Below, in pieces: positions 1-10,984 of a DNA stretch of 64,000 nucleotides. The notes under the pieces were generated by a model. It saw nothing but the letters and a program-made list of their open reading frames with translations, was not told where the DNA came from and made no database searches. Source of the stretch: Hemiscyllium ocellatum (lineage: Eukaryota); the NCBI RefSeq assembly GCF_020745735.1, contig NC_083431.1, forward strand, positions 24,022,496-24,086,495. Reading direction: 5' to 3'. The stretch's first letter is position 1. Each line of letters starts with the position of its first letter. The translations under genes and the position numbers were made by a program.

Positions 1-4
1 TTAC

Positions 5-245
5 CTTTAACATCCAAGTCTGCCTTATTGAAGTCGTGTTCATGACTCTTACTTGACTTTAATGCCTTCTCAGATTTAACTGTGGGCTTCTGTTTGACTG
101 ATGTACTGTCGTTGGTTATTTCCCTTTTGCAGCTACGACGACGAACAAACCGTAACCATGAAAACTGCCTGAGACTCCTCCTCAGGCGCCTGGCAGCTTC
201 GTTTGACATAACAGATAACATTGCTGCCTGTTTTAAAAACTCCAC
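5..245 (-). CDS. Coding exon of an unidentified gene (gene X) continuing beyond the left edge: (VEFLKQAA)MLSVMSNEAARRLRRSLRQFSWLRFVRRRSCKREITNDSTSVKQKPTVKSEKALKSSKSHEHDFNKADLDVK
   Basis: Minus strand: acceptor tttgcttttgacag at 246-259 (alternative cag at 228-230), stop-free frame, in-frame ATG at 221, donor AAG|gtaa at 5/4 (phase 1). CpG-retaining, non-repetitive sequence. Product not recognised. Confidence 0.65.
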
Positions 246-749
246 CTGTCAAAAGCAAATTGTTTCTGTCAAGCCACTATATATACAGATACTCTTTGCT
301 GAAAGAACAGTGACAGCCCAGTAAGTAAATGCATCACTAAATGTAGTACCCAAATCATATTATCTAGAAGGCCCAAGGTTTGATTTCTTGTCTGTGCAGA
401 CAATTCATTTCAACCAGTAATTTGGATGTAGCAAGCTGACTCATGCTATTAGCTGGGAAGGGTAAAGTGGCTAGTTACCATTCCAATGACAATTTAGTGC
501 TTGGTGCTACCCAAAGTACACAGAGAGAGAATTTTAGGTGGGAATGAAGTCTTGCTTTGCATACAATGCCTAAAAAAGTAAAATACCCTCAAAATAGTTA
601 CTAGTCTGCCACATAAAGTAGCAACCAAGAAAGCAATTGGTACTCAGGGATTGCCCTCCAATGTCAATCAGGGCAGATTAACATTGCAACAGAGTTGTTT
701 TTCTCAGGGGGAAGCAGAGAAAGAAAGAAGAGAGTTTAGATTCCAAATA

Positions 750-1250
750 AGAATGACAATATACCATAAGAAAATACAAAACAGGACCAAGAGCAACCAT
801 CAGCCACTTGAGTCTGTCCTGCCATTCAATAAAATCACTGTTGATCTTCTATCACAATGCTACTTTCCCACCTGATCCACATATCCATCTGTTCGCTTGT
901 ATCCAAAAATCTATTGCTTTCAACAATAAATATACTCAATAAGTGAGCATTCATAGACCATTGGGATAGGACATTTCGAAAATTCACAACCATCTGAGTA
1001 AATAATGGCTAACCCTAAATAGGAAACTCTTTATTCTGAAACTATGCACTCTGTTTCCAGACACTTTAACATCAAAAACAGCTCTCGATTCTTTGTATAT
1101 TTGACTGAGGTCACCTCACAATCTTCCAAACTGAGAATGTTGGCTCATTCATCATACCAAAGTCAATAATCTCACATTGCCCACATTCATCTCCACTTAC
1201 TACCTCTTGCCCATACACAATATCTGTCCATAAGCCCTTTCAAACACTTT
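750..1250 (-). mobile_element. Old degraded CR1-type LINE 3' fragment
   Basis: Resembles the reverse complement of CR1 3' ends elsewhere in the window (…ccatcagccacttgagtctgtcctgccattcaat…). Confidence 0.5.
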
Positions 1251-1912
1251 GTGTAGGACTGTCATTCCCAAGGCTGGTCAAGTAGGGCAATTTTCCTGAC
1301 AGATCTGATTTTAAGTCTAGGGATTGAGGGGTAGTGCAAGAATGCAACAGATTTAAGCCCCCTGACCCAGGTGGTCACAAAGACAACTAAGTCTGAAAGT
1401 GTGTTTCTCTTAAATATTAAGTCCTTTAGCTCTCATTAATCCCTCCACCCATTTCCCATCCTAACCTGATAATCTGTCAATTTAATATTCTAACCAACAC
1501 CAGGCCATTTTGCACCCCATTCTATTTCAGATAATGATTGCTTTCCACAATATAGGATCAATAATGGAAGAATGATACCTTCAAGAGTACGGTCAACAAA
1601 CAGCTAGAACAACTTGTTTTTCCAACTCTCATTGATACAGGCAGCATTTGTTTTTATTTAGATGCCAAGGCTTTTTAAAAATTAATTTAATTAGTATTTT
1701 GGTTACTGACATGGGCAGACTGTTTTTATTTTATATTTTAAAAGGGCTGAGAATTCAAACAACTGATTGGTGGCTCAAGAACAGATGCAGTTAAAATGAG
1801 ACAAACTCTAAGGAGGTTTTGCTGTCAACTGCAAAATGGGTTGGCAGAGGCAGTGGTGACAGTGGCTGGTGATGATCCTGAAATTTGACAAAAGTTTCCT
1901 TGACAATGGAGG

Positions 1913-2058
1913 AGATTAGATTAGATTAGACTTACAGTGTGGAAACAGGCCCTTCGGCCCAACAAGTCCACACCGACCCGCCGAAGCGAAACCCACCCAG
2001 ACCCCTACATTACCCCTTACCTAACACTACGGGCAATTTAGCATGGCCAATTCACCTG
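1913..2058 (-). mobile_element. HE1-like SINE, 3' part only
   Basis: (agatt)n tail and the same body as 2314-2625. Confidence 0.8.
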
Positions 2059-2313
2059 ATGTGCAGATCTGGGGCCATGCACATCAGAAATGGAACAGTC
2101 TGGCTTAGCCCAAAAAGGCTCAAAGAATGATTGAATTAGCATTGACAGAATGTCATTCAGGAAAAGAGGGAAGTTTAAAACAATGGTTTTGATTTTTTTC
2201 AGGTGTTGGAGAAAATTCTGGCCTATTCAAGTCTTGGCAGTGGATAACCAGTCTGAAAACAAAGAGGGAGTGGAGGGGGTTTGCACTTGGTGGAGGTTAG
2301 GTAGAATTTTTTT

Positions 2314-2625
2314 TAGATTAGATTACTTACAGTGTGGAAACAGGCCCTTCGGCCTAACAAGTCCACATCGACCCGCCAAAGCGCAACCCACCCATACCCC
2401 TACATTTACCCCTTACCTAACACTACAGGCAATTTAGCATGGCCAATTCACCTGACCCACACATCTTTGGACTGTGGGAGGAAACCGGAGCACCCGGCGG
2501 AAACCCACGCAGACACGGGGAGAATGTGCAAACTCCACACAGTCAGTCACCTGAGTCGGGAATTGAACCCGGGTCTCTGGCGCTGTGAGGCAGCAGTGCT
2601 AACCACTGTGCCACCGTGCCGCCCC
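2314..2625 (-). mobile_element. HE1-like tRNA-derived SINE, full length
   Basis: Minus strand starts GGGGCGGCACGGTGGCACAGTGGTTAGCACTGCTGCCTCACAGC…GGTTCAATTCC (A/B boxes) and ends in (tctaa)n. CpGs are retained, suggesting a young copy. Confidence 0.85.
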
Positions 2626-3029
2626 TAATTGTGTGTCACCAGTATATAGTTGTAAATTAACCTGATGTATTTGCATAATGTAGGAATGTAGAGGAGGAAA
2701 AGGGAGAGCTAGATTCATGGCAAACTCCAGAGAAAGTGTGGGTGTGGGAAAAGGAGCTAACACAGGAAATTCTCCACATATAATTAGATGGCCAAAACGG
2801 TAAAGAAAGGAAAGGCAGTGGAACTGAGCTGTCCAATAGATGATGCACTGTGCTCTCAACCATTTCAAAGGCTGAACAGAGGTGAAGAAGAATAGGAGGA
2901 GACAGTGCACGTAGCACAGTAACAACCAGATGATAACTTTTGATTTTGTTCGGGGTCATTTTAGTGCTGTAAAGAAAGGCAGGTGCAGGTTTGGGAGGTG
3001 CTAAAAACTGCATCCTTAAGTCATAATGA

Positions 3030-3990
3030 TCTACAGCTCAGAAAAAGGCCCTTTAATCCTTTGTGTCCGTGCCAGTCAAAAACAACTACCGAACAATTCT
3101 ATCCCATTTTCCAGCACTCGACCCAAAGCCTTGTATGCTTTGGCATCACAAACGCACATCTAAGTACTTATTAAACATTGACGGTTTTGCCTCTATCATA
3201 CTTACAGGCTGTAAATTCCAGATTCCCACCACCCACTAGGTGAAAAAAAATTCCTCACATCTCCTCTAAACCTTTTAAGACGATAACAAACAGGAACAGA
3301 AGTTAGGCCATTCAGCCCATCGAGTCTGCTCCACTATTCAATCATGGTTGATATGTTTCTCAACCCCACACTCCTACTTTCTCCCTTGATTCCCTTACCT
3401 TTAAACTACACCCTGGTTAATGACTCCTCCACCAAAGAGAAAAGTTTCTTTCTGTATATCCTATCTAAATCCTTCAAAATTTTACACATTTCAATGATAT
3501 CCTCCTCAATCACCTCTGCAAAGAAACCAACCCCAGTCTGTCCAATCTCTTCATAACTGAAACTCTCCAGCCCAACATTTTGTTAAATCTCCTTTAGTCC
3601 AGTGCCTTCCTCTCCTCACGTTCCTCCAATAATGTTCATTCCAGAACTGCACATAACACTCTAGCTCTAGTTTTCTAGAATTCCAGCATAACCTCCCAGC
3701 TCTTAAACTCTTATGCCTTGGCTAATAAAGGCAAGTATACTAACTGCCTTCTTAACCACTTTATCCACCTATCTTAACACATTAAAGGGACCGGTGTATA
3801 CACACAAACCCCAAAGTCACTTAATCATTGGTACTTCCTAGAGTTCAAACATTCATTGTGTATCCCTTTGCTTTGGTTGTTCTGTCCAAGTGCATTACCT
3901 CACATTTACCCCGTTTTCCACTGATTAGCCTATATTTTCCTATAACCTCATTATTAAGCAACCCACCAGTTTTTGCATCATCTGCAAAAT
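3030..3990 (-). mobile_element. Degraded CR1 LINE fragments (nested)
   Basis: Similarity to the RT C-terminal/3' UTR parts of the CR1 copies at 10985-12355 and 33771-36978. Confidence 0.6.
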
Positions 3991-4477
3991 TACTGATCTC
4001 GAAAGAAACAGGAGATTGGAGAAGTTGGGAAATGGGATACTTTACATATCATCTTGTTTACACATGACATGAAGACAGCATCTGCCAACTGCAGAAAACC
4101 CAAAGAACCAGGGCAACACTGGTTTTTCGTGAGGCATCCCGATAACTTTGTCAAAATAGATCACATGTCCTGGCTTTCCGCCTTTTTCTCAATATAAACT
4201 GGGCATGGGAGACAGAAATCTATGTCAAACTCTGTCCTTCTTCCCATAACCACTGATCACATTGTGTGTGGCAGACCTTTATCAACCTCCTGAGCTTTTC
4301 AAGAGGAGCCACCGCAAGTTTTTCGTTGCCCACAGTTTGATTGTGGACGATGCCTCTTAAAACATTCACTGTAATAGGAGTGCCAACTTTTGCTGGGTAA
4401 ATCCTAGCGATGTCAACACATGGCTTTCCACTGCCTGTCCCACAGACTCCTGCTATTACTCAAACAACATGTTGATC

Positions 4478-4692
4478 GTTAAAAATCACACAACATCAGG
4501 TTACAGTCCAACAGGTTTATTTGGAAGCACTAGTTTTCGGAGTGCTGCTCCTTCACCGGATGTTCGGCACCTGATAAAGGAGCGTCGCTCCGAAAACTAG
4601 TGCTTCCAAATAAACCTGTTGGACTATAACCTGGTGTTGTGTGATGTTTAAGCTTTGTGCACCCTAGTCCAAGACTGGCATCTCCAAATCAT
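4478..4692. mobile_element. Fold-back Penelope-derived element (family B), degenerate hammerhead cores
   Basis: Inverted arms (aaaaatcacacaacatcagg… / …cctggtgttgtgtgatgttt) around cacctgataaaggagcgtcgctccgaaaactagtg, plus an unpaired 3' tail. Confidence 0.75.
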
Positions 4693-4739
4693 AACACGTT
4701 AATCAACCCAGACTCTGACCTTGGAGATATTTTCTCATG

Positions 4740-4818
4740 AACCCAGGAACAGGTGGGGCTTGAACCTAGGATTCCTGGCTCAGAGGCAGGTACACTACCA
4801 CTGCGCTGCAACATCCCT
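4740..4818 (-). mobile_element. Short tRNA-derived SINE head (related copy at ~19510-19590)
   Basis: Minus strand: gcagtggtagtg (A-box-like) … ggttcaagccc (B-box). Confidence 0.5.
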
Positions 4819-4999
4819 CAATGTTGACTATTGAAAATCTGGTTAATTATCCAGAACAGGACAGCAAGGTAACGGTGTTCGTAGGCGATAAAGACATTAA
4901 TTAATTAATAAATTATACATCCGGTGAAGTCAGCAGCTGCAGTAAAATGCAAAGGCCTGAACTTACTATTTAAATGTTTGTGGGGGTTAGGGAACACTT

Positions 5000-5300
5000 T
5001 AGTTCCGCCACCCAGTCCACGAGGATTGATCAAGCTGCTCCTCCGGCCGTTGGCCGACTCCCGCTCTCTCGGAGAAACCGCCCGCCCTCCAGCGCCATAA
5101 CTTAGAGCCAGCTCCGGGGATGCACACGGCCCTCACTCTCTGCAGCCACGTGACATTCTCCACCATTACTCCCCTCGGCCCTAGTTACCTAGCAACCATC
5201 CCGGACCGCGACCGGAACCGGAAATTCCGCTACTGACACCGCGCAACCCGGAAATCACCTTCTTAACACCCTGCTACTCTCAGCGCCTTCCATGTGGCTG
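5000..5300 (-). promoter_or_regulatory. CpG-rich promoter of gene X with RFX X-box, ETS sites and E-box
   Basis: GTTACCTAGCAAC (X-box) at 5184-5196; ACCGGAA/CCGGAAA tandem at 5211-5224 and another CCGGAAAT near 5248; CACGTGAC at 5147-5154; local CpG enrichment. Confidence 0.7.
5137..5166 (-). CDS. Possible first coding exon of gene X (MVENVTWLQR)
   Basis: ATG at 5166 inside the promoter CpG region and donor AGA|gtgagg at 5137/5136 (phase 0). It splices in frame to either acceptor of the 5-245 exon. An alternative donor (ata|gtaagt at 4967/4966) would make exon 1 non-coding. Confidence 0.35.
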
Positions 5301-5388
5301 GAATGTTCCCCACTCCACTTCGGTTCGGTTCAGATGTTGAGCTGGGCCCATCGCTGAAGATTTGAAATTTTCTACACTTTTTTTGGTT

Positions 5389-5935
5389 TGTACAAAATTA
5401 AAAATCACAACAGCAGGTTATAGTCCAACAAGTTTAATTGGAAGCACTAGCTTTCGGAGTGCCGCTCCTTCATCAGGTGGTTGTGGAGGACACAATTCTA
5501 AGACTCAGAATTTATAGCAGAAGTTTAGTGTAATGTAACTGAAATTATACATTGAAATTATACCTTGATTGTCTGTTGAATCTTTCATCTGTTCAAATAC
5601 CATGATACTTTCACTTCTTAGCTAACACCACTTGTTAGTTTACCCGAGGAAAAAAAAACTTTTTTAAAAAAAAGTTTTGTGATTTACACATGAAAGTGAA
5701 ACTATCATGGTATTCCAACGGATGAAAAACGTAACAAACAAGGTATTTTTCAATGTATAATTTCAGTTACATCACACTGTAAACTTTTGCTATAAAGTCT
5801 GTCTTACAATTGTGTCCTCCCACAACCACCTGATGAAGAAGCAGCACTCCAAATGCTAGTGTTTCCAATTAACCTGGTATTGTATGTGATTTTTAACTTT
5901 GTACACCCCAATCCAACACCAGCATCTCCAAATCT
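5389..5935. mobile_element. ~540 bp fold-back Penelope-derived element (family B)
   Basis: Long inverted arms centred on the A/T run at ~5650-5678; same termini as 4478-4692. Confidence 0.8.
5445..5479 (-). ncRNA. Minimal type I hammerhead ribozyme motif (Penelope type), intact core
   Basis: Minus strand: CAC CUGAUGA A GGAG cggca CUCC GAAA GCUA GUG. Stem I CAC/GUG, stem II GGAG/CUCC, palindromic AGCU stem III. Confidence 0.65.
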
Positions 5936-6659
5936 TTTGATTTGATATTTTCCTCATTGAAGGTACTGAAATGTTGGCCCTGCATATACGTCCCTACAGT
6001 GACACATCCCACTTAGCTATATCCAGTTTAAGCACTGCACCAAACCAAAAGGTAGATTTTTTTTAAAAATCGACCTGTTCAGACATCCTCTGACAACTGG
6101 GACCCAAGTGCCCCTCAGAAAAGGATTCAGTGCTTTCCCCACAGTTTGTATCCAGGCATTATGGATTATAATGGTACTCCCTTTTCAACCCATTAGAATC
6201 AAAAGACATACAGCACGGAGAAAGGCCCTTCGGCCCAACCAGTCCATGCCGAACATGATCCCAAACTAAACCAATCCCACCTGCCTGCTCCTGGCACTAC
6301 CTATCCAAAATGTCTTTTAAACATTGCAATTGTACCCACACCCACTGTTTTCTCAGGATGTTCATTCCGCACAAATCATCCTGTGTTAAAAAAAAGCCTC
6401 ATGTCTTTAAATCTCTCGCCTCACCTTAGAAATCTGACCCTTAAGTCTTGAAATTCCCCGTCCTACGAAAAAGACAACTACCATTAACTACCTACACCTC
6501 ATGACAAGGTTTGAGAAGATTCGTAGCTCAGGTTGGAGGTTCAGGTTGAGGTTTGCTCGCTGAGCTAGAAGGTTCATTTCCAGACGTTTCATCACCCTAC
6601 TAGGTAACATCTTCAGTGGGCCTCCAGGCAAAGCTTTGCCCAGGGGCCACTGATGATGT

Positions 6660-6877
6660 CTGCTGAAAATGTGTTGCTGGTCAAAGCACAGCAGGCCAGG
6701 CAGCATCTCAGGAATAGAGAATTCGACGTTTCGAGCATAAGCCCTTCATTCCTGATGAAGGGCTTATGCTCGAAACGTCGAATTCTCTATTCCTGAGATG
6801 CTGCCTGGCCTGCTGTGCTTTGACCAGCAACACATTTTCAGCTGTGATCTCCAGCATCTGCAGACCTCATTTTTTAC
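6660..6877. mobile_element. Perfect 88+5+88 bp palindrome (family A fold-back element) with 3' tail
   Basis: 6662-6749 is the exact reverse complement of 6755-6842. Flanked by ccactgatgatgt (6647-6659) and ccactgatgctgt (6878-6890). Confidence 0.9.
6748..6783 (+). ncRNA. Minimal type I hammerhead ribozyme motif (Penelope type), intact
   Basis: AUUC CUGAUGA A GGGC uuau GCUC GAAA CGUC GAAU. Stem I AUUC/GAAU, stem II, loopless palindromic ACGU stem III, GUC cleavage triplet. Confidence 0.7.
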
Positions 6878-7026
6878 CCACTGATGCTGTTACTAGTAAG
6901 GTGACGAAACGTCTGGAAATGAACCTTGGCAGCTCAGTGAGCAAATCTGCTTCCAATATCTACATCTCATTTTATAAATTATCAGATCATCTCTCAACCT
7001 CCTATTCTCCAATGAAAAACATCTCA

Positions 7027-9093
7027 GGCGAAAGTAAGGACAGCAGATGCTGGACATCAGAGTCAAAATTAGAGTGGGTCTGGAAAAGCATAGCAGGTCA
7101 GGCAGCATTCAAGGAGCAGGAAAATCGACATTTCAGGCAAAAACCCTTCATCAGGAACAAAGCTGAGCGCCTCCAGGGTGCAGAGAAATGGGAGGTGGGT
7201 GGGGCTGGGGAAAGGTAGCTAAGAGTACAATAGGTGGGATGGAGGTGGGGATGAAGGTGATAGGTTGGAGAGGAGGGTGGAGCGGATAGGTGGGAAGGAA
7301 GATTGGCCGGTAGGACAAGTCACGAGGATGGTGCTGAGCTGGCAGGTTGGAACTGGGGTAAGGTTGGGGAGGGGGAGGGGGAGGGGGGAGTTGAAATGAG
7401 GAAACTGGTGAAGTCCACATTGATGCCCTGGGGTTGAAGTGTTCCAAGGTGGAAGATGAGGCGTTCTTCTTCCAGGCATCAGGCAGTGAGAGTGTGGTGG
7501 TGGAGGAGGCCCAGGACCTGCATGTTCTCAGCAGAGTGGGAGGGGGAGTTGAAATGTTCGGTGGGGTTAATTGGTGCGGGTGTCCTGCAAGATACAATAA
7601 ATTACATTTGTGAATGTGCAGGTGAAACTTTGTGGATGTGGAAGGCTCCTTTGGGGCCTTGGATGGAGGTGGGGGGGGGGGGGGGGGGGGCGGTGAGAGG
7701 TGTTGCAATTCCTGCAGTGGCAGGGGAAGGTGGGTTGTTGGGGGTCATGGATCTGACCAGGTAGTCACAGAGGGAACGGTCTTTGCTGAAAGCGGATAGG
7801 GGTGGGAAGAGAAATATCTCTCTGGTGGTGGGGTCCGTTTGTAGGTGACAAAATTGTCAGTGGATGATGCGGTTTATGCCAAGGTTGGTGGGGTGAAAGA
7901 TGAGGACCAAGGGGTTCTGTTCTTGTTGCCGTTGGAGAGGTGGGGTTTGAGGGCAGAGGTGGGGTTTGAGGGCAGAGGTATGGGATGTGGATGAGATGCA
8001 TTGGAGGGCATCGTCAACCATGTGGGAGGGGAAATTACAGTCTTTAAATAAGGAGGCCATCTGGTGTGTTCTCTGGTGGAACTGGTCCTCCTGGGAGCAG
8101 ATACGACAGAGGCAGAGGAATTGGGAATACGGGATAGAATTTTTGCAGGAGGTAGAGTGGGAAGAGGTGTAATCCAGGTAGCTGTGGGAGTCAGTGGGTT
8201 TGTAAAAAACAGTCGTCAGTGTTGAGTCAGTCGTCAATGATGGAGAGGTCCAGGAAGGTGAGGCAGGTGTCAGAGATGGTCCAGGTGAAGTTAAGGTTGG
8301 GGTGGAATGTGTTGAAGTTGATGAACTGCTCAACCACCTTGCAGGAGCACAAAGTGGCATTGATGCAGTCATTAGTGTAGTGAGGAAGCGTGTGTGTGGG
8401 GGGGGGGGGAAGAGGAAAGAGGTGCTGGTGTAACTACGCAAGACTGACTGTTCTACATAGCCAAAGAGACAGGCACAGCTGGGGCCCATGGCTACCACGT
8501 TCGTCTGGATGAAGTGGGAGGATTCGAAAGGAGAAATTGTTGAGGGTGAGGACCAATTCAGCCAAACAAATGAGTGTCAGTGGAAGGGTACTGGTGGGAA
8601 TGTTCGGGAGAGGAAGAAACTGAGGACTTGGAGGCCCTGCTCATGGCGGAGGGAGGTGTAGGGGGATTGATTGTCCAGGGTGAAGATGAGGTGTTGGAGG
8701 TCAGGGAAACTGAAGTCTTGTAATTGGAAGGGCGGTGTCTCGAACATATGTGGGGAGTTCCTGGACTAGGGGGGGAATAGGACAGTATCGAGGTAGGTGG
8801 AGATGAGTTTGGTGGTGCAGGAGCATGCTGAGACAATGGGTCAGCTGGGGTGGTCAGGCTTGTGGATCTTGGGAAGGAGGTAGAATGGGTGGTGCGGGGT
8901 TCCCGGACTACGAGGTTGGAAGATCTCCTGAGGTAATGAGGTTGTGTATGGTCTGGGAGCTGATGGTTTGGTGATGGGGAGTGGGAGGAGGAGGTGTCTT
9001 CGAGTTGGCACCTGACTTCAGCAGTGTAGAGGTAAGTGTGCTAAACTACCACTGCACCCCTTTTATCCACTGGTTTGATGGTGAGGTTAGGGC
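7027..9093 (-). mobile_element. Penelope-like retroelement (RT + GIY-YIG remnants), frameshifted
   Basis: Motifs KPVDKRGAVVV, AMGPSCACLF and YKPTDSHSYLDY in the ORF track. The terminus (7027-7160) matches the family A fold-back arms and holds a CpG-decayed hammerhead. Confidence 0.85.
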
Positions 9094-9382
9094 CTATCCA
9101 GCCTTTAAAACTCAAACCTTCCATACCCAGCAACATCTTGGTAAATCTGTTCTGAACCTTCTCCAGCATGACAATATCCTTCCTATTAACTGGATAGCCA
9201 GAACCAGACAGTAATCCAAAGGAGGCCTTGCCAATGTCTTGCACAACCTAAACATAATTTCCTTACTCCTATACTCAAAAGGACTAAGCAACAAAGGCAA
9301 GTGTGCCAAACACCTTTTCAACCAGCCTGTCTATGAGACAAACTTTAAAGAATTATATACCTGAACCCTTAGGTCCCTATGT

Positions 9383-9676
9383 TAGATTAGATAGCTTTAT
9401 TCGATTCCCTACAATGTGGAAACAGGCCTTTTGGCCCATCTAGTCCACACCAACCCTCCGATTAGTAACCCACCCAGACCCATTTCTCTCTGACTAATGC
9501 ACTTTGGGCAATTTAGCATTGCCAATTCACCTGACCTGCACATTTTTGGACTGTAGGAGGAATCCCACGCAGACATGGGAAGCATGTGCAAACTCCACAC
9601 ACAGTCACCCAAGGTTGGAATCGAACCTGGGACCCTGGTGCTGTGAGGCTAACCACTGCCCCACCATGCCGCCCCA
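9383..9676 (-). mobile_element. HE1-like SINE
   Basis: Same body, head and tail as 2314-2625. Confidence 0.8.
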
Positions 9677-9701
9677 ACAGTGTTCTATACCACTACCCAA
9701 A

Positions 9702-9874
9702 AGGAGAAAGTGAGGACTGCAGATGCTGGAGATCAGTCAAAACATGTGGCATTAGAAAAGCACAGCCTGTTAGGCAGTGTCCGAGGAGCAGGAGAGTCAA
9801 TGTTTCTAGCATAAGCTCTTCATCTCCTGCTCCTTGGATGCTGCCTGACCAGCTGTGCTTTTCCAGCACCACAC
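9702..9874. mobile_element. Family A fold-back element with central deletion
   Basis: Tail ggagaaagtgaggactgcagatgctggagatc plus inverted arms. Confidence 0.75.
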
Positions 9875-10984
9875 TTTGGGTAGTGCTAAGCCCCACCCTT
9901 GTTCGTTATACCAAAATGCAATACCTTGAACTCCATTTGCCATTTTCTAGCCCTGTGACCACTTGATCAAGATCCCTTTGTAAATCTTAGAAAACCCCTT
10001 CACTGTCTACAGTGACAATTTGTGTCCTCCATAAACTTAACCACGCTTTCAATATTCATCCAAAATCATTTATATAAATGACAAACAAGAGGTCCCAGAA
10101 CTGATCCCTGTGCAACAGTGTTGGTCACAAGCTTCCAGTCTGAAAAGCAACCCCTCACCATTACTCGTCTCCTGCCATTAAACCAATTACATAGCCAATT
10201 GGCAAGCTCACCCCAAATCCCATGTGTCCTAACTTTTCTAGCTAGTCTACCATGCAGAATCTTGTCAAAGGCTCTACTAAAATCCAAATAAATGTCTCCT
10301 GCTCGGCCAATTTTTGGTAACTTCCTCACAAAAGTTAAGTTTGAGAGACACTATTTTCCTTGCACAAAACCATACTGACTATCTTAATCATTTTTTGCCT
10401 CTCAATGTCCATAAATCCTATCTTTTTATAATCACCTCCAACAATTTACCCACAACCAAAGAAAGTCTGACAAGTCTATAATTCCCCGGTTTCTCCTTAC
10501 AACCCTTCTTAAAGAAAAGGTACATTAGCCACCCTCCAGCCATCAGGCACCGCACAATTATAGATGATGCAAATATTTCTGCAAGGAGCTCTCGTAATTT
10601 CCTCTCTCTCTTCCCACAACTGGGATACGTTGGATAAATCTCTGCGACTTGATCTATCTTTATATCATCTAAGACCTTCCAAATTTCCTCTTCTCTAATG
10701 TGAGCTGTTTTTTATCTGCTTTCTCTAGACTCTACTTCTTCATTAACACCATCAAGGTTCCCATTTTCTTTATGCCAAATAGGATGCTGCATATTATGCA
10801 TTACCCGCTCACTCAGAGGAATGTTTCTGGTGATTAATAACCTAGAATGGTAGACCAACAGTGAGCTAGCTCTGGTCCATTTGATCAATTATTGATCTGG
10901 ATGTTTAGAGCTGCTAAGCTCGACTCTCAACCACCAAGACTCCCAAAGTGAGCCTGAGTTTAATTGTACACTAGACACCTAATC

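Larger units (their letters stand above)
6505..6965. mobile_element. Fold-back Penelope-derived element (family C) interrupted by the family A palindrome
   Basis: Arms match the terminus of the Penelope element at 32300-32443. Hammerhead-like cca CUGAAGA U GUUACC…GGUGAU GAAA CGUC ugg on the minus strand at ~6579-6619. Confidence 0.7.
6195..10700 (-). mobile_element. CR1 LINE (3' part) hosting nested Penelope elements, a SINE and fold-back elements
   Basis: CR1 3' end at ~6195. RT fragments are seen in ORFs 9112-9321 and 10066-10329 (YLDFSRAFDKILH…QGSVLGP). The host sequence resumes across each insertion. Confidence 0.75.
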
